DNA of 64,000 nucleotides from Myxococcota bacterium (GTDB lineage: Bacteria > Myxococcota_A > UBA796 > JAJRTE01). Below, piece by piece: positions 20,591 through 29,158 of this stretch (positions are counted from its first letter, which is position 1; every line of letters starts with the position of its first letter). A program made the position numbers and the translations under genes. The stretch lies in NCBI GenBank assembly GCA_024278455.1, contig JAJRTE010000259.1:5775-69774 (forward strand). Direction: 5' to 3'. The notes below the pieces were generated by a model, which was not told where the DNA came from, did no database searches, and was given only the letters and a program-made list of their open reading frames with translations.

Positions 20591-20845
20591 CTATTCGAGG
20601 ATCTCCAGGAGGTATCGGCGATTGCGCTTTCCCCCGTACCCCGTAAGCAGTTCACGGACAGCGTTCGCCGTCCTGCCTCGCCGCCCCACGAGCTTGCCAT
20701 GGTCGGACTTTGCGACTCGAACCTCCAACACGGTCGCCTGCGAGCCTTCGATTTCGTTGACGGCCACGTCTTCCGGCCGATCAACCAATGCACGGACCAG
20801 CGTGAGCACAAGGGCCCCAATGTCGCTCAACTCGTTCGATCCCAT
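20591..20845 (-). CDS. khpA: KH-domain RNA-binding protein, KhpA-like
   Basis: ALVDRPEDV, DHGKLVGRRGRTANAVR GxxG loop; AGGAG RBS. Confidence 0.85.
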   Translation of the reverse strand: MGSNELSDIGALVLTLVRALVDRPEDVAVNEIEGSQATVLEVRVAKSDHGKLVGRRGRTANAVRELLTGYGGKRNRRYLLEILE

Positions 20846-20993
20846 CGTCGTTCTCCTCAATCAAAGTGGAGCTGTGATGTTCAGCACTCCCCAGCGTGGC
20901 AGACCACGACATCCTACAGACCTCGACACGTTTGCACCAGACCAGCGTTGCTGCATTTGTCACACATACCTCGAGGACCTTTGGAGAGACACC

Positions 20994-21022
20994 AATATAA
21001 CCCAAGAAACACGAATTGTCCA
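20994..21022 (-). promoter_or_regulatory. probable sigma70 promoter for khpA
   Basis: TGGACA-17nt-TATATT on the minus strand in an AT-rich tract. Confidence 0.45.
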
Positions 21023-21415
21023 TTCTGTCAACCTTGAAACAACGTTGTTACGAGATGCTCAGTCATACCCAGCGCATCATGCCCCGGCCACCCCACTCGT
21101 CGCACGCCAGGCCGAACGCCCCGCTGGAACGACATCGAGGATGCTGAAGCGCGCCGGTTTCCCTGGCACCGTTCGCCGTGCCAGGTTCGTGAAGCGGGCG
21201 ATGAGACAACGTGAGGCAGGACGAGGAGTAGAAGACACGATGGAGGCGTTTGGCCCGGATGTCCGGCCGGCCGGGATCCAAGGGACACGCCCTGCCAGAA
21301 GGGGGAGCCATGCCGGGCCGGTTTGTGGTACCTTGTTGGGCAACCATCCCTGCGGCGTCCCGCTCACGGAACGCACTCCGGGTGCCGGCAGGTCGCCCCG
21401 AATGTGGAGTGACAG

Positions 21416-22282
21416 TTGACGACCACGGCCCACGAACTGGCATCGCTGCTGGACAGGTACACCGGGGTCTACCTCCAACAGCTTCGAGCACTGGATTCCC
21501 TGGAGGATCCCGGCGTGATCCACGATTTCCGCGTGGCCACCCGCCGTTTGACAGAACTCTCGAGGTTGCTCGAACGGCTCGATCCGCACGACAAGGCCAT
21601 CGCGTGCCTCGTCGAGACGCTCGTGCCCGCGGCGCGATCCCTGTCCCGTCTTCGCGAGCGCGACGTTTGTCTCGAGCTGCTCGCGGAGGTCGAGCGCTCT
21701 TTGCCGCCCCACGAGTACCTGGTGCGTTGGGGCGTGGCGGCCTTCCGCCCGCGGCTGCAGGATCTGAGGGAACGGTCCGCCCGGAAGGCACGGCTCCGCC
21801 TGAATGCCTGCCGTGTCGAGGCCCTTGAGAAGGCCGTGGCCCGCCTCCGGGCCGCATCGTTCGACGTTTCGAATGACACGTTCGTCCTCGAGCGCGACGC
21901 CCTGATTGCCTGCAACGAGGAACGGGTGGTTGCGCTGTTTCCGGCCCTTTCCCTGCCGGTCCCGCCCGTTCGACCGCTTCACGAACTCCGCATCGCGTTC
22001 AAGGCACTCCGATACGCCGTGGAGTTGTCGCCTCCCGGTCCCGAGGTGCGCAAGCGACTGAAACGCCTAAAGCAATTCCAGAACGGACTGGGCGGCCACC
22101 GCGACTGGCTCGAGCTGCGCAACATGGTCCGGGCATTCCGCGGGAAATCTGTTGACAAGGGGCGGTCCCGCGACCTGCTTGCGGGCCTCGAGGCACTGAC
22201 CCTCGAGGCGTCGAGGCGCGCTGAAGCGGCACTCGCCCTCACCAGGACGCTCGTCCCCTTCCCTGGCCGAGATTCGCTTTGA
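21416..22282 (+). CDS. CHAD domain protein
   Basis: IHDFRVATRR, LRERDV, LHELRIAFKALRYAVE, QNGLGGHRD. Confidence 0.9.
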   Translation: MTTTAHELASLLDRYTGVYLQQLRALDSLEDPGVIHDFRVATRRLTELSRLLERLDPHDKAIACLVETLVPAARSLSRLRERDVCLELLAEVERSLPPHEYLVRWGVAAFRPRLQDLRERSARKARLRLNACRVEALEKAVARLRAASFDVSNDTFVLERDALIACNEERVVALFPALSLPVPPVRPLHELRIAFKALRYAVELSPPGPEVRKRLKRLKQFQNGLGGHRDWLELRNMVRAFRGKSVDKGRSRDLLAGLEALTLEASRRAEAALALTRTLVPFPGRDSL

Positions 22283-22332
22283 CGTTTGCGCCTGCACGGG
22301 ATAAGCTGCCTGAAAACAAAGGAGGTTTGGCC

Positions 22333-24654
22333 ATGTCCGTTGGCGAATCCGTTGCACGAAAGGATGGACCGGACAAGGTTCGTGGGCTGACGAGATACAT
22401 CGACGACCACAATCCGGCAGGCTGCTGGTTCGGGGCCACCGTCCGCTCGGCCATTCCCCACGGGCGGATCAAGAACATAAGCTTCCCCAAGGGCACCCGC
22501 TGGGACAGGTTCGTCATGGCCACGGCAAAGGCGATTCCCGGGCGCAATTGCGTTCCGTTCCTCACCGAGGATCTCGTGCTGCTCGCCGACGGCTACGTCA
22601 GGTACGTCAACGAACCCATCTTGCTGATAGCCGGCCCGAACCACGACGAGGTGGAACGCGCGGCTCGAGCCGTCGAGATCGACTACGAGCCGCTGCCCGC
22701 CATCCTGACGCTGGACGAGGCGATTGCTGCCGGAACGACCGATGGGTGCCAGGTGCCCCGCCCCCTCCATATCCGCCGGGGAGACATCGAAGAGGGCTTC
22801 GCCCGGGCGGACACGATCGTGGAAGGCACGTACCGGGTCGGCCACCAGGAACACGTGTACCTGGAGACCAACGGGTTCATCGCCTGGTGGGAGCCAGACG
22901 GCCGGGTCGTGGTGAAGGGCTCCATGCAGTGCCCCTACTACGTCCAGCGCGCCCTGAAGATGCTGTTCGCCTTGCCCGGCGAAAAGGTGGAGGTCATTGC
23001 GACCCCGACAGGGGGCGCGTTCGGAGGCAAGGAGGACTTCCCTTCCGTTCTCGCAGGTCACGCTGCCCTGCTCTCTCGAGAGGTCGGACGGCCGGTCAAG
23101 ATGGTCTACAATCGTACCGAGGACTTCACGAGCACCACCAAGCGCCACCCGGCCAGGGTACACTATCGCACAGGGGTCGACAAAGAAGGCACGTTCACCG
23201 CCTGCTCCGTGGATTTCGTCCTCGACGGCGGTGCCTTCATCACCATGAGCCCCGTGGTCTTGTCTCGAGGCGTCATTCACGCGAGCGGCCCGTACCATTA
23301 TCCTGCCATCGAGATTCATGGACGCTGCTACGCGACACATACGCCCCCAAACGGTGCTTTCCGGGGGTTCGGCGTGCCCCAGGTGTTCTTTGGCATCGAG
23401 CGGCACGTGGACAGGATAGCGGCACGGCTCGGCATGGACCCTGTCGAGATCCGCCGGCGTAACTTGCTCAAACCTGGCATGCGCACCGCGACCGGGCAGC
23501 TTCTCCGTGACGGCGTGAGCGCGGCCGAGGTCCTTGCCGACGCTGTCGATCGCAGTGGATACCGCGAGCGGAGCAAGCGACCGGCGCCCGGACCGGGCGA
23601 ACCCCGGAGGGGCGTGGGCCTGGCGTTGTACATGCACGGAGCAGGTTTCACCGGGAGTGGGGAGGCACGCATGAAGTCCCTCGTCGGCATGCGGCTCACC
23701 CGTTCCGGCCGGGTGGAAATCCTCACCGCATCGACGGACATGGGGCAGGGGACCAGGACCGTGTTTCCCCAGATCGCGGCTCGAGCCATGAATATCGATG
23801 TCGACCAGGTGTTCGTGGCCGAGCCGGACACGGCTCGAGTCCCGGACAGTGGTCCGACCGTGGCCTCTCGCACGGTGACCATCGTCGGCCGCGTCGTCCA
23901 GCAGCTCGCAGAGACCCTCGCCCGCCGCATCCTCCGGTTCGTAGCTGAGGAACAAGGTGGCGGACCGGATGGATATGCACTCCAGGGCACCCACGTCCTG
24001 TCGCGGGAGCACGGCACCCCCGTAGGCACGCTCGCCGACATCGCCGCTCGCATGACCGAGGCATCCGGCGACGTCTACCTCGAGCAGGGATACACGCTGA
24101 ATCCCGATATCCGGTGGAACGAGGAGACCCACGAGGGGGACGCCTATCCGGTCTACGCCTGGGGTTGCACAGTCGTGGAAGTAGCCCTGGATCCAGACAC
24201 CCTCGAGGTGCAGACCACGCAGGTGACGGCGAGCCATGACATCGGCACCGTCGTCAACCCGGTGCTGGCAGAAGGACAGGTGGAAGGCGGCGTGGCCCAG
24301 TCGATCGGCTATGGACTCTACGAGGAGGTCCACTGGCACGAGGGCAGAATGCTGAACCCCGGGTTCACCAACTACGTCATCCCGACATCGGTCGATTTGC
24401 CGGACATCGACGCCGGGTTCGTGGAGAACCCGTTCCCGGACGGCCCGTTCGGTGCCAAGGGCCTGGGAGAACTCCCGATACACGGCGCCGCGCCGGCGAT
24501 CGCGAACGCCATCGCCCAGGCAACGGGCATCGATGTCTGTGAGCTTCCGGTCACACCGGAACGGTTGCTGGCGGCGTCGAACGCTGCTGCCCAGGGGGCT
24601 CGAGACGACCGCCACGACCCGGCCAGCGAGACGAAGAAAGGAGAGGCGACGTGA
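22333..24654 (+). CDS. xanthine dehydrogenase family molybdopterin-binding subunit
   Basis: HVYLET, GGAFGGK, AFRGFG, DMGQG, GQVEGG, KGLGE; GGAGG RBS. Confidence 0.93.
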   Translation: MSVGESVARKDGPDKVRGLTRYIDDHNPAGCWFGATVRSAIPHGRIKNISFPKGTRWDRFVMATAKAIPGRNCVPFLTEDLVLLADGYVRYVNEPILLIAGPNHDEVERAARAVEIDYEPLPAILTLDEAIAAGTTDGCQVPRPLHIRRGDIEEGFARADTIVEGTYRVGHQEHVYLETNGFIAWWEPDGRVVVKGSMQCPYYVQRALKMLFALPGEKVEVIATPTGGAFGGKEDFPSVLAGHAALLSREVGRPVKMVYNRTEDFTSTTKRHPARVHYRTGVDKEGTFTACSVDFVLDGGAFITMSPVVLSRGVIHASGPYHYPAIEIHGRCYATHTPPNGAFRGFGVPQVFFGIERHVDRIAARLGMDPVEIRRRNLLKPGMRTATGQLLRDGVSAAEVLADAVDRSGYRERSKRPAPGPGEPRRGVGLALYMHGAGFTGSGEARMKSLVGMRLTRSGRVEILTASTDMGQGTRTVFPQIAARAMNIDVDQVFVAEPDTARVPDSGPTVASRTVTIVGRVVQQLAETLARRILRFVAEEQGGGPDGYALQGTHVLSREHGTPVGTLADIAARMTEASGDVYLEQGYTLNPDIRWNEETHEGDAYPVYAWGCTVVEVALDPDTLEVQTTQVTASHDIGTVVNPVLAEGQVEGGVAQSIGYGLYEEVHWHEGRMLNPGFTNYVIPTSVDLPDIDAGFVENPFPDGPFGAKGLGELPIHGAAPAIANAIAQATGIDVCELPVTPERLLAASNAAAQGARDDRHDPASETKKGEAT

Positions 24655-25220
24655 TTGTGACGTTCACCATCAACGGTCGATCCTGCCAGATCGACGTTCC
24701 AGGCGATCACCGCCTGCTAGACGTGCTGCGTGTGAACCTCGGTCTCACCGGTACGAAAGAGGGGTGCGGGGAGGGTGAATGCGGGGCATGCTCCGTTCTG
24801 CTCGACGGACAGGTGGTTAACGCCTGCTTGATCCCGGTCGCCCAGGTGGATGGCGCACAGATTGTCACGGTGGAGGGACTCGAGGCGGCCGGCGGAGGCC
24901 CGCTCCAGGAAGCCTTCGTCGCCCTCGGCGCGGCACAGTGCGGGTCCTGCACCCCAGGAATGTTGATGTCAGCGTATGGCCACTTCCTCGAGTCGCTCAG
25001 GAACGGAGACGACCCACAGGATCGGGAGGGGATCCGGCATGCCCTGGCAGGAAACCTGTGCCGGTGCACGGGCTACCAGAAGATCATCGATGCCGTCTCC
25101 AAGGGCTACGAGGAATTGGCCCGCATGCCCTCGCTGCCTCCCGCGGCACCGGCCCCACAGACCGGTCACAATGACCCTTCCCATGGCGGAGGACCCGGAC
25201 ATGGCTCGCTCACTGGCTGA
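24651..25220 (+). CDS. xanthine dehydrogenase family 2Fe-2S subunit
   Basis: GTKEGCGEGECGAC, QCGSCTPG, GNLCRCTGY. Confidence 0.95.
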   Translation: MIVTFTINGRSCQIDVPGDHRLLDVLRVNLGLTGTKEGCGEGECGACSVLLDGQVVNACLIPVAQVDGAQIVTVEGLEAAGGGPLQEAFVALGAAQCGSCTPGMLMSAYGHFLESLRNGDDPQDREGIRHALAGNLCRCTGYQKIIDAVSKGYEELARMPSLPPAAPAPQTGHNDPSHGGGPGHGSLTG

Positions 25221-26091
25221 AATCAGGTTCTACACCCCCAAGACGCTCGAGGAGGCCCTGGCCATTCGCGCGGCCGAGCGGTCGGATGCCATGCCGATGG
25301 CCGGGGGGACCGATGTCATGGTCTGGCGACGCGCCGCACCGGACGAAGGACCCGCCGCGTACCTCTCGCTCTGGGGGCTTCGCGAACTCAAGCAGATCAC
25401 GAAACGGCAATCGTGCATCGAAATCGGCGCCACGGCCACCTTCGCCCAACTGGCCCGGTCACCCCTGCTCCGGGAGAATTTCCCCGCGTTGGTCGAAGCT
25501 GCGCGGCATGTCGGCGCGGCCCAGATCCAAAACCGGGCCACGATCGGAGGCAACGTTGTGAACGGATCGCCGGCCGGAGATTCGCTCCCCGTTCTCGCCG
25601 TCGCCCCTGCCATGGTGGTCCTTACCAGCAAGGGCCGGGGCACGCGGCGTGTCCCTTTCGGGGCCTTCTACACCGGGTACAGACAAACCGTGCTCGAGGA
25701 CGACGAACTCCTCGTGAGCTTCGAGCTTCCCTTGCCACCTCCCGGTACCTGGAGCGGTTTCGAAAAAGTGGGGTCCAGGCGCGCACAGACGATTTCCAAG
25801 GTGATGGCTGCGTTGCAAGCACGGCTCGATGGGGACACGCTGCATGGGGTCGCGCTGGCTTATGGGAGCGTTGCGCCCACTGTGATACGCCTGCCGCGGA
25901 CGGAAGCTCTTCTCGAAGGATGTTCCCCGTCGGAAAGACTCGCCGACGACGTGTCCGGCACGCTGAACCAGGAGATTGCGCCGATAGACGATTTGCGGTC
26001 CACCGCTGCCTACCGGCGGTTTGCCGCGGTCGGCCTGCTTCGAAGACTCCTACGCCGGTGCGCAGCGGCGCAAGGCCGGGCGGCGGCATAA
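25201..26091 (+). CDS. xanthine dehydrogenase family FAD-binding subunit
   Basis: AGGTD, QIQNRATIGGN, SPAGD, PIDDLRSTAAYR; GGAGG RBS. Confidence 0.93.
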   Translation: MARSLAEIRFYTPKTLEEALAIRAAERSDAMPMAGGTDVMVWRRAAPDEGPAAYLSLWGLRELKQITKRQSCIEIGATATFAQLARSPLLRENFPALVEAARHVGAAQIQNRATIGGNVVNGSPAGDSLPVLAVAPAMVVLTSKGRGTRRVPFGAFYTGYRQTVLEDDELLVSFELPLPPPGTWSGFEKVGSRRAQTISKVMAALQARLDGDTLHGVALAYGSVAPTVIRLPRTEALLEGCSPSERLADDVSGTLNQEIAPIDDLRSTAAYRRFAAVGLLRRLLRRCAAAQGRAAA

Positions 26092-26140
26092 CCACGGCGC
26101 TGCCGTTCGGGATCCGCGGCACGTCCAGGGGACGGCCGGG

Positions 26141-26623
26141 TTACTGGCTTCCCGGCCTCCGGGCCATGATGACGACCCAGGTTTCGGCGAGTTTGTCCCC
26201 GAGGCGCCTGCCGTCCGGGTCGGTGAGCACGAGGACGATTTCGAGGATCCCCAGCACCACGCCCAGCAGCCCCACGACGACGGCGAGCAGCCACCCCAGG
26301 ATCGGGATCAAGACGAACACCGAGCCGAGATAGCCCACGGCCAGGGGGAGGTTGCGCATGATGGACGCGGACAGGTCCAGGGCGTGGCCATCGAGGGTGA
26401 CGGCCTGGATTCCCATGATCTTCTTTCCGAACGACTGGTGGTACAGGTACGGGACATCGAGCCCGTCCCGTACCAGCACGTAGGCCGCTGCCACAAGGCC
26501 CCCGATGAACGGAACGAGCATGACGATGGCTGCCAGCGCCCCGTCGATCGCCGCGGCAACGATACGCTTGCCCTCATCCGCTTTTTCGAACCCGGGCGCC
26601 TCCCCCTGTCCCTGAACTTCCAT
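26141..26623 (-). CDS. RDD family membrane protein
   Basis: KRIVAAAID, QSFGKKIMGI, RRLGDKLAET. Confidence 0.9.
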   Translation of the reverse strand: MEVQGQGEAPGFEKADEGKRIVAAAIDGALAAIVMLVPFIGGLVAAAYVLVRDGLDVPYLYHQSFGKKIMGIQAVTLDGHALDLSASIMRNLPLAVGYLGSVFVLIPILGWLLAVVVGLLGVVLGILEIVLVLTDPDGRRLGDKLAETWVVIMARRPGSQ

Positions 26624-26828
26624 CGCTATCTCCGACGTTGACCGATTCCTCTTCACCAGCGCCCGGCCGTGCGGGCGGCATTCGGCACCTGCCTCTGTGC
26701 CAGCGGGCAACCGATCTCCAGACCCGCGGGGTGCGCCGAAAGTCCCCTCAGTCTATCCGATGACCATCCGCCTTGCAACCGGCGCTTCCTGAAGCCTTTG
26801 TCCCATCGACCCCGCCGAAAGGGGCCGC

Positions 26829-27110
26829 TCAGAAGCGCCAGAAAAACCCTGCCCGGTAGAGCGCGACGACGAAGCCCGTCATCACCGACCATCCCACCAG
26901 GAGAATGCAGCCGGCCATCCCCATGTAGGCAAGCGCCCGCCGCACCAGGCTCTCGGCACGATCTTGCTGATCGAGCGGGGCCCCGTTGCCACGAATTCGC
27001 GACAAAACCGCCTCGACCAGCGCGTCGGGCTGCGCCAACATGGAAAACACGACGACAAACAGCAGCATGTTGCCCATGAGGAGGATTTCGATGACGCCGA
27101 GCAGGCTCAT
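26829..27110 (-). CDS. small two-TM membrane protein
   Basis: ATGA overlap with the upstream gene; two hydrophobic segments. Confidence 0.6.
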   Translation of the reverse strand: MSLLGVIEILLMGNMLLFVVVFSMLAQPDALVEAVLSRIRGNGAPLDQQDRAESLVRRALAYMGMAGCILLVGWSVMTGFVVALYRAGFFWRF

Positions 27111-29095
27111 GGGGAAGCCTCGCGCCTGTCGAAGTAGTCCGGGTCCAGCCTCGCTATCTCCCCCTCGATGACCTTAAGGTTGTGCTCGGCCTTGGCCTTG
27201 AGGGTCGTCTCTGGATATGCCTCGATGGCAGCTTTCAGATCTTCGTAGATGCCGCACAACAGCTCGAGGCGTTGCTCTTCGTCCCGAATCTGGCTCGAAC
27301 GGACGTACTCGCGGGCGACCCGTTCACGCACCTGCTGAACATGCCGGTCCACCGCTTTCTGCCTCAGCGGCCGCGCCTCGTCCTCCAGCGGCGTACCGGC
27401 AAGCGCGTCGAACAAGTCAATCGCTTCCCGGTATCTTCCGGCCATGCTCAGTGCGGTGGCCCGCTCGAGCGCCTGGCGGCCGGCCTCCATGTCCGCAGGG
27501 GCGATGGTAGGCGCCGCCGTACCGGTCGGCTCCGGCGTCATGGGCGGCACGCCGGCGGCTTCGGACTCCTCTGCGTGGTCCGGCCCTGCCGCGCCCGATG
27601 CCTCGCCCACCAGGTCCGCGCCAGGCTGCTGCTTGCCAGGACCGACTTCGGCCGGGGGCCCGCCCGGAACCGGCGCTGACGCCTGTGCCACCCCAGTGTG
27701 GCCGGTCTCGCCCGGCGAAACCTCGACCTCGCCCTGCTCCGGTGCACGGGCCACCTCCGGCTCGGTGCCTGCCGGCGAGCCTCCTGGTGCCGTCGATCCG
27801 CCGGCGATCTCCTGCTGTTCCCGGGGCTGACCGCCATCCCCGCCCGCCAACTCGGCAAGCGTCGTTCCGAGCTGCAGGGCCACGGATTCCAACCGCCGGT
27901 GATACTTGGACTCCTCGAACCGATCCGCTACGGAAGCAAGTTTCTCCAGGGCTGCTGCGCTGCCGCGATCCAGCCTGACCTCTTCCACTTCCGCCAACGC
28001 TTGCTCGAAGGCCTGCGTTTCGGCAGCATCCACGAACGCCAGCAACCTCTCCACGCGGTCGATCGTGTCGCGGCTGACTTCCCGGGCCAGCATGTCGTGG
28101 CAGATGGTTCGCGCTTCGGAAAAGCGCCCGCCGGCCACGGCGAGACGGACGTCCACGCTCGATGCGAGATAGGCAGGCGAAGCGTGGGCGATATCGTCCT
28201 GGATGGCTCGAGTCGGGGCCACGAGGCCACGCAGTTGATTCCCGGTCTGTTCGAGCGCCTGCACGAGTTCCTCGACGACCTTGGAGGCCTCATGGCGCCG
28301 TCCTTCTTCGAGGAGCCAAAGCGCGTAGCGGTAGCGGACTTCCAGCATCAGCGGTTCGATCGACGCCCGGTCCTCGAGGGCGGCCATCACGTCCAGGGCA
28401 TCGCGGGTCCGTCCCACGGCGCCGAGAGAGAGGGCATAGGCGACCAGGACGCCGGAGTCCAGGGTCTCGAGGCCATTGGTGGAGTGGCCCTCGACCTCCT
28501 TGATCACCCGGTCGTAGGCCCCTGCCTGGTAGGCCTGGAACAGGCGCCGGGATGCGGGTGGAGGCAATGCCTTCTCTCGGAGTTCGGTGCCGGGTTCCGC
28601 GGAGGCCTCCCCGGCGTCGAACAGGGTGGGCGTCATGTCCACGCCCTGCTGAATCTGCAAAAGCTGCTCCAGGTAGGCACGGACTCGAGCGTAGCTCGCC
28701 TCGGCCACGCTGGCCCGCTCCGCTCGAGTCTCGGACGGTCGCTCGGAGAGTTCGAGAAGGTCGTCGTACAGCGCCAAGGTCGCCTCGGCCCGCGCCATGG
28801 CCAGTTGCTGCAGCGCCGGATCTCTCGCCGGTCTTTCTCGAAGCTGTTCTGTCAGCGTCCGGTACCGGTCGCGGGCGGCGACGAGTTCTCGACGAGGAAT
28901 ACGTCCATGCTCGATGAGCTTGTCGAGTCGTTCGACGTCCTCCGCCATCTCCACGGCCGAAGTCGGACCACCGGGCGGAGTCGAACGGACGACCTGGGGG
29001 GTGCAGGTCTGCGCCACGATGGCCAAACCGGCGAGCAGGCACATCGAGAAGATATGCCGAAGCGGATACCCTGTGACATGGTCACCACGATTCAT
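27107..29095 (-). CDS. exported helical/TPR-like protein, possible lipoprotein
   Basis: Signal-like LLAGLAIVAQTC, TPR-like helices, Pro/Ala/Glu-rich linker; follows PBP1A. Confidence 0.7.
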   Translation of the reverse strand: MNRGDHVTGYPLRHIFSMCLLAGLAIVAQTCTPQVVRSTPPGGPTSAVEMAEDVERLDKLIEHGRIPRRELVAARDRYRTLTEQLRERPARDPALQQLAMARAEATLALYDDLLELSERPSETRAERASVAEASYARVRAYLEQLLQIQQGVDMTPTLFDAGEASAEPGTELREKALPPPASRRLFQAYQAGAYDRVIKEVEGHSTNGLETLDSGVLVAYALSLGAVGRTRDALDVMAALEDRASIEPLMLEVRYRYALWLLEEGRRHEASKVVEELVQALEQTGNQLRGLVAPTRAIQDDIAHASPAYLASSVDVRLAVAGGRFSEARTICHDMLAREVSRDTIDRVERLLAFVDAAETQAFEQALAEVEEVRLDRGSAAALEKLASVADRFEESKYHRRLESVALQLGTTLAELAGGDGGQPREQQEIAGGSTAPGGSPAGTEPEVARAPEQGEVEVSPGETGHTGVAQASAPVPGGPPAEVGPGKQQPGADLVGEASGAAGPDHAEESEAAGVPPMTPEPTGTAAPTIAPADMEAGRQALERATALSMAGRYREAIDLFDALAGTPLEDEARPLRQKAVDRHVQQVRERVAREYVRSSQIRDEEQRLELLCGIYEDLKAAIEAYPETTLKAKAEHNLKVIEGEIARLDPDYFDRREASP

Positions 29096-29158
29096 GGTCG
29101 ACTCGCTTGCAACAGCGGCGGCGGCCACGTTCGTGAGGCGTGCCGCGCTGAAACGAAC

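Noticed and set aside
22333-26091. Aerobic CO dehydrogenase (coxLSM)
   Set aside because: Lacks the AYxCSFR/AYxGAGR active-site loop and has AFRGFG instead
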